From assembly GCA_951406725.2 (NCBI GenBank), contig OX597828.1:40238001-40302000 (forward strand): 64,000 nt of DNA, written 5' to 3'. Positions 41,372-54,354 of this stretch are shown here, piece after piece (the stretch's first letter is position 1; the number at the start of each line of letters is the position of its first letter). The position numbers and the translations under genes are program-made. Under the pieces are notes generated by a model. The model saw only the letters and a list, made by a program, of their open reading frames with translations. It was not told the origin of the DNA and searched no databases. This DNA is from Octopus vulgaris. Lineage: Eukaryota.

Positions 41372-41443
<72 letters not shown>

Positions 41444-41462
41444 CTACACACTCACATACATA

Positions 41463-41492
<30 letters not shown>

Positions 41493-41494
<2 letters not shown>

Positions 41495-41716
41495 GGGTTG
41501 GCGCATAATTATTGCGGTTTCTCTTCAACAAATTTTATTCAACAAAAACATCTTTAAATAACCGTCTGCCAATCAAATGGGAAGCAGTAATTGAAGTAGA
41601 TGGTGAATATGCTCCGGAATAATCATTTAAAGATGGTTTTGTTGCATGTTGTTATTGTCTTTGTTAAATAGAATTTGTTGAAAAGAAAAAGTCGCAATAA
41701 TTATGCACCAACCCAG
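41493..41716 (+). mobile_element. Mariner-derived MITE
   Basis: TIRs GGGTTGG(C/T)GCATAATTATTGCG in (TA)n; retains a transposase C-terminus RLPIKWEAVIEVDGEYAPE*. Confidence 0.8.
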
Positions 41717-42545
41717 TATATATATATATATCGTATGTATATATGTATGTATGTGTGTGTCTGTACATATGTGTGCTTGCGTGGATATATATAGTATGTG
41801 TTTGTATATATATATATATATATCCTTCTTCCCTTCTTTCCTGAGCGTCCAATAATACTTTATTTGTTCCACATCCTTGCGTTGTTGTTTTTTGTTTTCT
41901 TGTTTGGATTAACTTTATATATATATATATATTGTGTGTGTATATATATAATGTATATTTACGTATCTGTGCTACTATTTGTGGATCTCTCAGTTTATTT
42001 GATACAGCTATTCAATAATTTACCTGTCCTTTCTCTTGCCTTTGCTATTTAGCACCACCACTCTAACCCCGCCCCCCCTCCGACTCCCCACCACCCACTA
42101 CCACCACCACCACCAACGACAACAACAACACCAACAACAAATCTATTCCGTGTGCCAATTTCTACTGAAAACACCACGGCTCTGTTATCAGATAGAAATT
42201 CTGATTGATCTACACACGAAGAAATGAGGTGTGTAGTGATTGATACAATGAAAGCCAATCTTAATAGACTTGCACTTGTCGCTGTTTCAGGACAATCTTT
42301 ACTGAAACAGGAAGCTCCCCTTTCATTCGATGCAAAGCCAGTCTCTTGAAAACGGATTTGATTGGATAACTCGGGTCTTGCAACGAACCAATCAGAAACA
42401 TTTTCGAAAATATCGATGCGTTTGTTTTTCGTCGATCAAAAGGCCATAGCTGTGGGAATAGCTTTGTTTAAAGCATCGACTTTATTGCATATTGTTTTGA
42501 ATTGCAAATAAACTACCTGCACCGACAAACTGACAATAAAAGTTC

Positions 42546-42557
42546 TGTGTGTGTGTG

Positions 42558-42605
<48 letters not shown>

Positions 42606-42705
42606 CGTGCGTGTGCGTGTGTGTGCGTTTGTGTGTGTGTGTGTGCGTGTGTGCGCGTGTGTGTGTGTTTGTGTGTGTGCGTGTATGTGTGTGTGCGTAC
42701 GTGTG

Positions 42706-42745
<40 letters not shown>

Positions 42746-42930
42746 TGTTTGTGTGTGTGTGCAAAAAAAGAGGTACCCACACAAACACACATACACACAC
42801 TTTCACTCATATTCGTGTGTGTGTTACTATACACACACACACACACACATATATTTACGCACGCACACACACACATACACTCACACATGCATGCACACAC
42901 ATGCATGCACACACATACATACACACGAGC
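42546..42930. repeat. Compound (TG)n/(CA)n microsatellite
   Basis: Seen directly. Confidence 0.9.
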
Positions 42931-43102
42931 ATATAATACGAACCCACATACAGAGTAGCGCGCACGTGCGTGTATTTCTATGCGTGTGTATAAAACTGTT
43001 GCGTCGATGCAAAGCAATGTTTGAACAGCAACAAGATGCCGAGAGGAACAAGTAGTGTTTACATTCTGACTATTGGAAAAAAGAGTTGGTTAGAAGCTAA
43101 AT

Positions 43103-43266
43103 AGGCGCAGGAGTAGCTGTGTGGTAAGTAGCTTGCTTACCAGCCACATGGTTCCGGGTTCAGTCCCACTGCGAGGCACCTTGGGCAAGTGTCTTCTGCT
43201 ATAGCCTCGGGCCGACCAAAGCCTTGTGAGTGGATTTGGTAGGCGGAAATTGAAAGAAGCCCTTCG

Positions 43267-43319
<53 letters not shown>

Positions 43320-43510
43320 GTGTGTGTGTGTTTGACCCCCCCCCCAACATCGCTTGACAACCGATGTTGGTGTGTTTACGTCCCCGTAACTTAGCGGTTC
43401 GGCAAAAGAGACCGATAGAATAAGTACTAGGCTTACAAAGAGTAAGTCCTGGGGTCGATTTGCTCGACTAAACGCGTGCTCCAGCTTGGCCGCTGAAAAG
43501 AGTAAAGAGT
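43103..43510 (+). mobile_element. SINE family B, full length
   Basis: Family match. Confidence 0.9.
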
Positions 43511-43650
43511 AATATAGTCTACAGCAAAAATTTAGATTCAGCTGAATATGGTTCTTAAGTTGAGGCACCAGAACTTATTACGGTATTATCCATACAATTT
43601 CAAAGTAAGGTGATTAAAATCAAAATAAACAACAAGAATATCCAGAAGTA

Positions 43651-43735
43651 ATGCAGTACGATCGTTTCATGCGACTCTAATTGAACAATTCAATCATTAC
43701 ATCAATTTAAAATGCAGAGCAATCTTCAGCTGCAC
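43651..43735 (-). ncRNA. Type I hammerhead ribozyme with long stem II insert
   Basis: GTGCAG-CTGAAGA-(T)TGC...GCA(T)-GAAA-CGATCG-TA-CTGCAT; palindromic stem III ACGATCGT. Confidence 0.75.
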
Positions 43736-44307
43736 AAAGACAGAACTTAATTAAATTAGAACAGATGGACACATTAGTATAATTATGCCTAAAATCTCCA
43801 AGAAGTTAAGGAAGTTAAATATATAAAATAGACACAAACAGAGATCAGCACGCACCAGCATGTTTTTGTACGCGTGTGTATTATACTATTACACAGATAC
43901 ACACGGCGGGCTTCTTTTAGTTTCTGTCTACCAAATCCATTCACAAGGTTTTGGACGGTCCGCCTTTGTCGTAGCTGGGCAAATAGACTCAGGGGTTAAA
44001 TGACAATGTTTGCTCTACAGAACGAAATGACGAACAGACAACTGGTTTCGCCAGGACAAGTGTTTATTAAATTCGCGCGCGAGAGAGAGAGACAGAGAGA
44101 TTTGTAGCTACAAATGAACAATGCTTTGATCAACAGATACTTCTTTCTGTTCATTTACATATCTGTACATCCGCCGGGTGACGTAGATTAATTAACTAAT
44201 ATGATATTAACTTTTATAACTTAACCACAAACACGCCATCTTAAATTAATACCCCCACATAAATGAATGCTATAATGTGCAAACTAGTTCCTGTTGCTCA
44301 TCACATA

Positions 44308-44526
44308 TTTCTTTATTGCTCACAAGGGGTTAGACATAGAGGGGGACAAACAAGGACAGACAAAGGGATTAAGTCAATTTCATCGACCTCAGTTCATAAT
44401 CGATACTTATTTAATCGATTCCGAAAGGATGAAAGGCAAAGTCAACCTCGGCGGAATTTGAACTCAGAACGTAACGGCAGACGAAATACGGTTACGAATT
44501 TAACCCGGCGTGCTAACGTTTCTGCT
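44308..44526 (-). mobile_element. SINE family A
   Basis: Body match. Confidence 0.8.
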
Positions 44527-44929
44527 TATAGAAAGGATCGAGGAAAGGTTGCTGACGAGCCGGTAATAACCAGGTGAAAGTAGCCGAGTTGTAATTCAGT
44601 TATGCTTTGCAGAGCTAGACCTATGGCACGAGTTAACGTGTTTACGTGCCTCAGCACATAAGTTAAATAGTGCGCGCGTGATGTCTGTCTGCTCCCTCAG
44701 CCCTACCCCTTACAGATTCTACGCTCTGTTCTCTCAGCCTTAGATATACAAGGAAGTTGACAAACTAGTCTATAAATTAAAACTGATCCCATAAAAAAAA
44801 AAAATCAGCGACTGGCAGAGTCTGTAACAATGTATGTCTTGAAAATTCAGTAACTTCTAAACTGGAGCGAGGCAGCATGTTCTTTGTCTATCTAAAAGAA
44901 GCCCGCCGTGTGTATGTGTGTAATAGTAT

Positions 44930-47642
44930 TGTAGTGATCCTATATAACGGTGCGCGCGCGCGCACCGTCCTTTTCTGTTTCGCGCGTGCGGTGTTGGTGC
45001 CTTCACCAAGGCAGAGAGGAAGGGCCCTCTCGCGCATGCGCGAAGCACCGGAAGAATGACCTTTTTGCCTACGTGGCAGTTAGCCGAGGCAAGGGGATCG
45101 TAGGACGTTGACCACTAGCGTCCAGAAGCAGTCAGCGACTTGAGACAAAGCGACTGAAGGCAACGGACGTATATTTTCTCGCTGACCCTTTATGATAGCA
45201 GTCGGCCGAAGGCTTTAACCAAATTGTTGCAGACAACATCATCTTCCTCTTTCCGGACGCCATCTTTGACCAGTGTCGTTAGCATTTGAACACTGTAGAT
45301 TCTACAGCGATATAGTTCAGCTCTGACACACCTATACCAAAGGGATACCCAGATATACCACTTATTTGTTACTGTCATAAGAGAATAAAGTAGATATATA
45401 TTATTTACGTCTGCGTCTTGTTGTTTCTGACTGGTAGAGGATCTGGATTATTAAAGCAACGGAAAGTGATTGCTTCTCGCACCCCCAAAAGGTCCAGAGA
45501 AGATATTCATTTTCGTTACACTGGTGACCCCGACGTGATTCTGGTCTAAAACCAGAGATCACTTAACAACAAAGAAATCCAGTTTTCTGCCAAGTCGGAA
45601 CACGATTAACTCTACGCATTCATCTTTCGACGATTTGTTTTCCGGCCACCAATTACAGTTATAGAAGGAGCCTTTCTTATTCTTCAACATAATGACGGAC
45701 GCCATCATATCATCGATGCCTTTTCTCTACCGTCATCACCATCGTCGTCTTAGAACTTCACGTCGTCGTTATCTTCGTCGCCATCAACACTGAGAACAAT
45801 GTTGTCTCAAGTCCACACCACAGTCGCCTCCACCACCAGTCGCCTTCAACACCGTCGACACAACAAGATGTAAATAGCAACTCGCGGAAGTTTAGCCCAC
45901 TTGCTGTTTGTGCATGGCACACCAAGGAATTAACAGCCCAGCACTATCTGCGAGATTCTTCTGTTCCAGTTAACCTGTCACAGCATTGAAGCCACAACCG
46001 TTACACGATATGTGTCCAATCGGCATCTGCATTTGTGATCTCAACATTCTGTTACAGAACGAACTGCTATTGTGCATCAGGCTATTACAGACTGGTAAAT
46101 TAACTCCATTGTCTGAAATAGCCCTGAGAGACATTTTTCCTATGCGCTGTATTTTAATTTTTGCTCGCATTCACCTTGTATGTATTTCTGTCGCACACAC
46201 GTACACACACATAAATGCTATCTCTCTCACATACATACGTCACACATGCTTTTCTCGCTTGTTTTTTCCATGCTAAATTTGCCTTTTGTGGACACACCTC
46301 ATTTCTATAGACCCTAGGGGTCACGTATACATAGAGAGGGTTGTTTGTCCATTATAACGCGCCGGCATGCCATACTTTTGTTCCTGTACGAACGAGGCAT
46401 ATAATCGCTCAACCACTGGCATATTCATTGCTGTTTTTTCGGTCTGGCAAGCCCTATTGCATTTCATGCGCCTTTGCTCCGCACGTGTACTGCCTTGTTT
46501 TTGCAACACGTTTGCGTTAGCTTAATTCTTTTCCCGACTCATAGAACGTCGGATGTTCACATGCGCTGCGCCTATGTATAGGCGTAATTTTTTCCCTGTT
46601 AGACCCCTGTTGGTCACGTAATTAACAGAGAAAATTATCTGTGTCGCGCATCACACCAGCATGCTTACACTGTCTACCTTTTTGTGATACTGGCGATCTA
46701 TCTGTCGATTCCATTTCCTCTCCTGCAGCAATTGACTTAACTGCTATTTCGCAGGATCAACTACCTTTAGAGAAGTTGGATTTAATTTCGCCTAGGTTCA
46801 TTAACTGTGAGTTTGCTTTCCTTCAGCGGAAGGCTCTATGCTTTGTGACGTATCCACCTTCACGCATGCACTTTTGATTTTTGCTCATTTTGAGTATTTT
46901 TTCTCTTTTTTCCTTTAGTAAATTTCTTGTGTATGATGTAAATTTTGCCATTTTTATTATATTGTGTGCTATTTGGTTATCTGGTGTCCACCTTGTGTTT
47001 TATAGTCACTACAGGGAATTTTGTGTCGTGCTTCGCACTGGGGCGGAGCTCTGTAGTGATCCTATATAACGGAGCGCGCGCGCGCACCGTCCTTTTCTGT
47101 TTCGCGCGTGCGGTGTTGGTGCCTTCACCAAGGCAGAGAGGAAGGGCCCTCTCGCGCATGCGCGAAGCACCGGAAGAAGGACCTTTTTGCCTACGTGGCA
47201 GTTAGCCGAGGCAAGGGGATCGTAGGACGTTGACCACTAGCGTCCAGAAGCAGTCAGCGACTTGAGACAAAGCGACTGAAGGCAACGGACGTATATTTTC
47301 TCGCTGACCCTTTATGATAGCAGTCGGCCGAAGGCTTTAACCAAATTGTTGCAGACAACATCATCTTCCTCTTTCCGGACGCCATCTTTGACCAGTGTCG
47401 TTAGCATTTGAACACTGTAGATTCTACAGCGATATAGTTCAGCTCTGACACACCTATACCAAAGGGATACCCAGATATACCACTTATTTGTTACTGTCAT
47501 AAGAGAATAAAGTAGATATATATTATTTACGTCTGCGTCTTGTTGTTTCTGACTGGTAGAGGATCTGGATTATTAAAGCAACGGAAAGTGATTGCTTCTC
47601 GCACCCCCAAAAGGTCCAGAGAAGATATTCATTTTCGTTACA
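44930..47642 (+). mobile_element. Non-autonomous LTR retroelement (Ty3/gypsy-type signals), 2713 bp
   Basis: 591-bp TG...CA LTRs at 44930-45520 and 47052-47642 (2 differences seen); 4-bp TSD GTAT; PBS; short purine-rich tract before the 3' LTR; no long internal ORF. Confidence 0.92.
45522..45539 (+). promoter_or_regulatory. Primer binding site complementary to the tRNA-Trp 3' end
   Basis: TGGTGACCCCGACGTGAT starts 2 nt after the 5' LTR end (1-nt spacer) and is complementary to ...AUCACGUCGGGGUCACCA of metazoan tRNA-Trp. Confidence 0.85.
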
Positions 47643-48258
47643 GTATAATACACACGCGTACAAATACATGCTGGTGTGTGCTGCTCTCTGTTTGTGTCTA
47701 TTTTATATATTTGTGTTTGTCCTGCACCACCGCTTGACAACCGACGCTGGTTTGTTTACGTCCCCGTACCTAAGCAGTTCAGCATAAGTGACCGATAGAA
47801 TAAGAAGTTTTTTTTTTTAAAAAAAGAACAAGTACTGGGGTCGATTCATTCGACCAGAACCCTCCAAGGCGGTGTCCCAGCATGGCCGCAGCTCAATGAC
47901 TGAAACATGTAAAAAAAGAAAAATATATATTTGTTTTGCTAATTTAGTGAATTAACGCGCGTCACTAACCAATGTATTGATTAGTGATACGCATTATGTA
48001 AATTTTAAAAAAATGGAGTGTTTATTGCACATCCTATGTGAGCCCGATGAGAAACACGCTTTTCCGGTTAAGAAGATAGACTCCTACGAGCTGTGGCGTA
48101 GCTAATAGGGACGCAAGGGGAGCAACCGTTCGCCTATGAGCAATTTTTTTCAAATTTGGCACCTTTGCAACAATTTTTTAAAATTTCTTACATGATGAAA
48201 TTGTTACTGTAACATGAAATTAATGAATGTAGAATACGATTATATATATTATAACTTG

Positions 48259-48561
48259 CGGAGGCACTTGGCCTTGTGGTTAGAGCAGCGGACTCGCGGT
48301 CGAGAGATCGCGGGTTCGAATCTCAGACCGGGCGATGTATGTGTTTATGAGCGAAACACCTAAGCTCCACGCGACTCCGGCGGAAGGTAATGGCGAACTT
48401 CTGCTGACTCTTGCGCCACAACTTTCTCTCACTCTTTCCTCCTGCATCTTGCAGCTCACCTGCGACGGACCGGCGTCCCGTCCAGGTGGGGAACCTATAC
48501 CCCAAAGAAACCGGGAAACCGGCCCTCATGAGCCAGACATGGCTCGAGAAGGAACAAACAT
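48259..48561 (+). mobile_element. SINE family C
   Basis: Family match; flanked by ATATTATAACT direct repeats. Confidence 0.85.
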
Positions 48562-48849
48562 ATTATAACTAGTGAAATATTTCGCACAATGTGAGAGAAA
48601 CGAGTTTAAAATTCTTCGGTGTATATCACGACACCTTTTTTTTTTTTGTATGCTCGCTCCCCCCATCTTTAGAACTTGACTGTGCCTCTGCCTACGAGAC
48701 ATGCATGAGACAGGTATTACATCGTACAGGATCCGCTAAGATGTTTTATATTTCCCTTCTTGTGCACTGCATATTCAAACCATTTGATCCCTATATTGAT
48801 CAGGAACCTTTAGGTTTCATCCAGTTTGCATCGGTAGAGCATGTTGATT

Positions 48850-50080
48850 AATGAGGTATTGCTAATGGCCTACGAACAGTACAGATAGAAGTTGTTAAAA
48901 CCCTAATTCTTTTCTCTTGTATAATTTCCAACAATTTATACTTTACTGATTCGGGAGATACAAGGCTCTTTAGGAGTGCAGAACCACCTTTTACCCACAA
49001 TTGCTGAGGAGAGGAGAGACGAGTTGGATGGAAGTACCTCAGTGCAGATGGCATCAGAACTGCTAACTCTGAGGAGCAGAGGCCATTATAGAAGCAGGAT
49101 TGATTGGCTGTGAAGGGAGACAGCAAGCTTGCGAGCGAGTGCCAGGAACGTGTAAAAGTGACTTTATGTGAATCAGTCGGGTGGATACGTTCTAAGATGT
49201 CTGTGTGTGCAATGGCAGTGCCGTCCCAAATGTGAGCGCAGTTCTTCATCGTGGGCTTTTCTTGAATAATAATTTGGAAATTAAGTGTTTTCTCGTTCCA
49301 AAGAGGTGAACCAGTTATTAGTATGTAGTCCTTGCTACGGTAAGGATGTGCTTTCACCAGGAGAAATATTCAGTGATTATGAAACCCAGCAATTGGGACG
49401 CTTTTGAGGGCTCTGGCCGAGTGCTGCTCATGATTAGCGCGATAGAGTTCGACGTTGTTTTCTTGTGATTTATTAGTTAATCTAACTCCAGGTATACTTT
49501 CTGAATTAAAGTTGCACGGTCCTCTCAATCAGAGCTGATCTGAAAGGATACAGCATCAATCACTTAGTACTTCAGACGGCTAATTTACTCTCATTTGATA
49601 CTTTGTATGTATTCAACATTAACACTGTTTGATTCTACCAACCTTGAATATTGGAAACAGTTCGATTTGACTAACAGTGCAGCTGTGTTAAATGCTGCAT
49701 TGTTATTCGATTAATTCAACGTCCTCGCAGCCTAACCATTTTTTACTCGCTGGATCTGGATAAAAGGGGCAGTGTTTATGGTCTTCGTATGTTGTCCCCT
49801 ACCAGTGTGGTTGACACGAAAGTTCAAGAGAAACATTAGTAAATCAACACCACCTAGATAAGAACAGGGAGAGAACTTTAGAGGATCGAGATTCTGGAAA
49901 GGAAGGAGTGCGTGTAGTGATTAGTGAAGGGTTAAGGATGTGGTGGTGGTGGGGTAACAAAGGTGATGAAATGGAGAGAAGAGATGAGTCAGTGGAGAAT
50001 GCTTCTGGGGAGGTGCTATGAGTCCAGTCAGCTCCAAAGAGCAAAGGCTGTTATAGTCGCGATAGAAATGACAAAAGGGA
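48850..50080 (-). mobile_element. Highly decayed CR1-group LINE
   Basis: KPTMKNCAHIWDG..AHTDILERI and FYNGLCSSELAVLMP resemble CR1-group ORF2 C-terminal motifs; the upstream extent is uncertain. Confidence 0.5.
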
Positions 50081-51852
50081 AGACTGCAAGCCTGAACAAT
50101 GAGTCAGCTGATTAGTCAAAAGTCTGCGGCTGCTATCACTACTGAACAAGGTAAAGGATATTTTGTTAATTCTACGTATGAGATAAACCTGAGTAAAAAT
50201 GTTGAAGCGAAAATCATAGAAAACTTTGGTAGTTTATGCACACCTAGAATTATTAATTTCTTTCGTGGTAGACCTGTTTTTCACTACCAAACAGAATGTT
50301 GAAATATTAATGAATATATAACGGAACTGAATAAACAAGCATATATTCGTGAGCTTGGTGTTAATGGCAGTTTGCTTTTGCCGTCATTGGTTCTTGATCG
50401 GAGCCATATCTCATTAATACCCAAACAGACGAAAACTGATAGATGTAGTGGGAGAAAGGTTTACCCGAAGGGACGAACATTTTTTGTATTTGTCCTATCG
50501 TGCTTGGTGCCACCAAAAGGCATTTTCGTCCCCAGTCGCAGAGAAACTTCGCTATGCTTCTAGAAACTGATCACCTTTTCCCAGCTAAAGCTCTTAGAAT
50601 ACCAGCTGCAAAATTTTTCATGGTGTCGGATGCTCAGAAAGGCTTTTAGTAAATAAAGCTGTCCTAAACGAGCAGCAAACTAACTACATGCAACAGCCCA
50701 GTTGGCAGATTTACTTTCAATAATCTTCCGAGTTTCTGGGTGTGTTCAAATCCGCTATAATACATTGCTCTAAATGAATGTTGCAAGTCTAATCCTTTTG
50801 CAGGAGTATGCAAGTCTTAAATGGCTGCTCCACAAAAAGGAAAACATGTAAAGAGAAATGAGTTGATAATTGCAGATACACTTAGTTGTGCCGTATACAA
50901 TTGGTTTCTCATCTGTGAAACATATCAACATTGATGACGTTGGTTTGTTTCTAACACTTCAGATGAGTTAAGCAAAAATTGTTGAACCAAAAGCTCAGAA
51001 TACTAATAGATAGTCAACTTAGTTGAATGAATACTAGTCCTAGAACAGAGCTGGCCTGAAAGTCGCTGTACATTTCTAGATACTATTGGTAGTAAGAATG
51101 AAATTGGCAAACTATTCAAAATCGCAAAATTGTAGTTCCATGAGCATGGCACTGAATTATGGCTGGCATAAACGTCACTCACTGTGTCGAAGGAGAGCAG
51201 GAGAATTACTGTTTTAGTCTGAGATGTCTGCAGGCATCGACATCATTGAAGTGGTTGGCAAACGTGTTATCTTTACGTGGAACCAAAGAAACCAATATAA
51301 GGAGACGCGTGGCTCAAGTACCAGTGCCAGAGTTATTGTAATCAACTGTTTAGGAAGATTTATTTCAGTATCTCATTCTTGTGATCTACTGCACTGAATT
51401 CATTGAATCTGGTCAACTGCCAATCTTCAAAAAGCCAAACAACTGTAAACTTCTACAAAATCTCAGTTTATGAGACAAGGTGTTCCACTAAAATTTGTGG
51501 CAGATAATAGTTCGCAATTTAGCAGTCAGTTGATCAAAGGATCTTCCAATATGTGGCTGGTTGAATAAAGTAGTTCCAGTTCCATATATCGACAATCTAT
51601 GGCCTTTCTCTCTCTCCCTCGCTCTCTCCCCCCTCTCTCTCGCTCTCTCTCTCTCTCTGATTGGAATTTTGAAATCACTGCTAGTGAAAGCTAATGATCC
51701 GACCTTTATAGTCTATACAAAAAAGCTCTTTGTCAGAGTATACACCTTATCCATAGTTCGATTACTGGGTCGAAGAACTAGAACATTACGGCCAACGATT
51801 AATCTTCAGTTGAAACCTAATATATGGCAGAAAGGGCAAAGGTTAAAATGTA

Positions 51853-52747
51853 CGAGGGGGCTTCCCAAAATTAACCGGAAACGTTCTCTGTGGAACAAGC
51901 CCGTTGTAGTTCAGGCTTCTGCCGCTAGAAGCCACTTGATGCGGTCCTCAGGCATCAGTCTGTCGACGGGCGTCCTCGAGTGTGGTCCTGCTGTCACGTG
52001 GTGCGTCTTTGTTTCGCAGTGCTTCTCCCCTGTTCATCGATTGTTGCGATGGCTGAAACGAAGGAACAGCGCGCTTCAGTAAAATTTTAGTCTCTGTTAG
52101 GGAAAAGAGCAACCGAAACAGTTGTCATGCTTGAAACAGCTAACAAGGCCGCTTCTATGAGTAAAACACAAGTTTACGAGTGGCTTTCACGTTTTAGGAA
52201 TGGTCGCTTGAGGACTAACCTCATTCAGGGCGACCGCCGACCTCCCAAACGAATGAAAACATCATGATAATTCATGAACTGGTCTTGGAGGACCGTCACC
52301 GAACAATTGATGAACTTATTGATACGACTAGTGAGTCTTAGAGTTCCTGCCGACGAATTTTGAGCGAGGAATTGCGAATGAAAAGAGTTGCAACAAAATT
52401 TGTGCCTCGCTTGTTCACGGAAGATCAAAACCAGCCACGACTGAATGCATGTCGTGAACTGAAAATACAGGTGGAAGTTGATCCGAACCTTTTTCCGAAG
52501 GTGACGAAAGCTGGTGCTACGGAATTTGCAGTTGTGGAAAAGGCGAAAAAAAAAGAAAAAAAAACGAAGGCGTTAAAAGGCATCACTTTGCAAGAGTTCC
52601 AGGACTGCTTCCAACAGTGGAAACGCGTCTGGACCGATGCATTGCTTCAAATGGAGAATACTTTGAAGGTGATAAAAGTGTAAGCATGTAATACTAAGTG
52701 AATAAAATAATATTACAAAATTCCGGTTTCTTTTGGGTACCCCCTCG
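51853..52747 (+). mobile_element. Mariner internal-deletion derivative
   Basis: TIRs CGAGGGGG...CCCAAAA..AACCGGAA with TA TSDs; MAETKEQRASVKF, KFVPRLFT and the C-terminal segment ALKGITLQEFQDCFQQWK are kept, while the catalytic core is deleted. Confidence 0.85.
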
Positions 52748-53068
52748 TATATTGACTGATCATCCAAAGATATCTTACCATTAAACTAACAGGAAATAGT
52801 GCGAATCGCTAACAATGATCATAGTCGGATACCTATAAAAGTAACAGAAAAGGTCAGCTAAAGAAGTTACATCGTGAGTTCAGTAAGAAAAGTTGCCCAT
52901 GAAACAGGAAGAACCTCCGCAAGTTTGCTAATGCAGAAGTACCTCTATCCAATAATCTGAAGTTAGAAAAACAACAATATTAATGAGGCTAATGAAGTTC
53001 CTGGTTTTAGTAACAATGTTGTACAAATTAGTGGCCGGACAAGTATCAATTCATCTGATATGGCTCCC

Positions 53069-53109
<41 letters not shown>

Positions 53110-53413
53110 TGGAATTTCGAAATCACTGCTAGTGAAAGCTAAGGATCCGAACTTTATAGTCTATACAAAAAAGATCTTTGTCAGAGCATACATCTTATCC
53201 ATATGCGAACTAGTGATCCCATAGACGCTAATCCACAAAATGAAAAGATACAAAATATAAAGTGGTTGATTGAGACGCAAGGTTGTGGATTTTTTTTTTT
53301 TTCATATCAAGTACGATAAACTGCAAAAAGTTCTTTTTACATATCACGGGAGGCGACCAGGGTTGCCGAGTGTGCGAATAAGAATACAAGAATTAAGGAA
53401 TGGAGTAGATAAG

Positions 53414-53506
53414 ATCCGGGCTACATATGTTTCATAGCTAGCGGAACCTCGGAAGTGGTAAATATTCAAGCGAGTTGTATACTGCCGGCTACTCTTCAGG
53501 CCAAGG

Positions 53507-53508
<2 letters not shown>
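53414..53508 (-). ncRNA. Type I hammerhead ribozyme with long stem II insert, adjacent to (TA)n
   Basis: GTCC-tt-GGC-CTGAAGA-GTAGCCGGC...GCTAGCTAT-GAAA-CATATG-TA-GCC-c-GGAT; palindromic stem III ACATATGT. Confidence 0.78.
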
Positions 53509-53585
<77 letters not shown>

Positions 53586-53591
53586 CCGTTC

Positions 53592-53627
<36 letters not shown>

Positions 53628-54286
53628 TCTTTGACTCTCTTGTTGCTCACACGTAACCAACGACTATCTTTCTTTCTTCCACTTCCTTCCTAAAGACAAG
53701 ACGTGCTTTTGCCTGTCTCTTCTCAAAGCTCGTTTTTCCAGCGTCCACCACTTCACATCGTCTTGGCTTAACAGCCCTCGCCATTTGTTTTTACTGTTTT
53801 GTTCTAACTGTTCTGTTTTTGTTACCACTTTAACACTCCGCAAAAAATCCCAAATTTTATTTAATTTGCTTTGCGGGAAGGATTGTTTTAACGAAGTCTC
53901 GTCTTGTCCCTACCCTCGAAACGCGGAGTATATAAAACAGGAGACAACTAATGAAGGGAATGTTCTTTATGTTGCCTGTCTCGTTTCTCTATTTGTTTCT
54001 TTCGTTGTTCGAAAAAAAGTTCGTTTTCCATGCCTTTGTTTTTATGTTCTCGTTTCTCATTTTGTTAACGTTTTTTACGTCCTGTACCCATATAAGCTTG
54101 TATATATACATATATATGCAGACATGTACATGTGTGTGCATATATATATTATATGATCGAACGCCACGCATCCATTTCCCAAGGGAGTAATTTCTACCAC
54201 GTCAAATCACATCCTGCCGGAAAACGCACAAAGCATATATGTTAAGTACGTGTGGTCGATAATGATTATTACACTAGCGCTGCTAC

Positions 54287-54354
<68 letters not shown>

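Noticed and set aside
43967-44259. TG...CA block with minus-strand AATAAA resembling a solo LTR
   Set aside because: No TSD and no second copy in the window.
50540-50720. Possible hAT transposase C-terminal relic (SER..FSK-like)
   Set aside because: It needs several frameshifts and is too weak without a translated search.
51561-52082. 173-aa ORF
   Set aside because: It spans a (CT)n tract and the mariner 5' end with no coherent protein signal.
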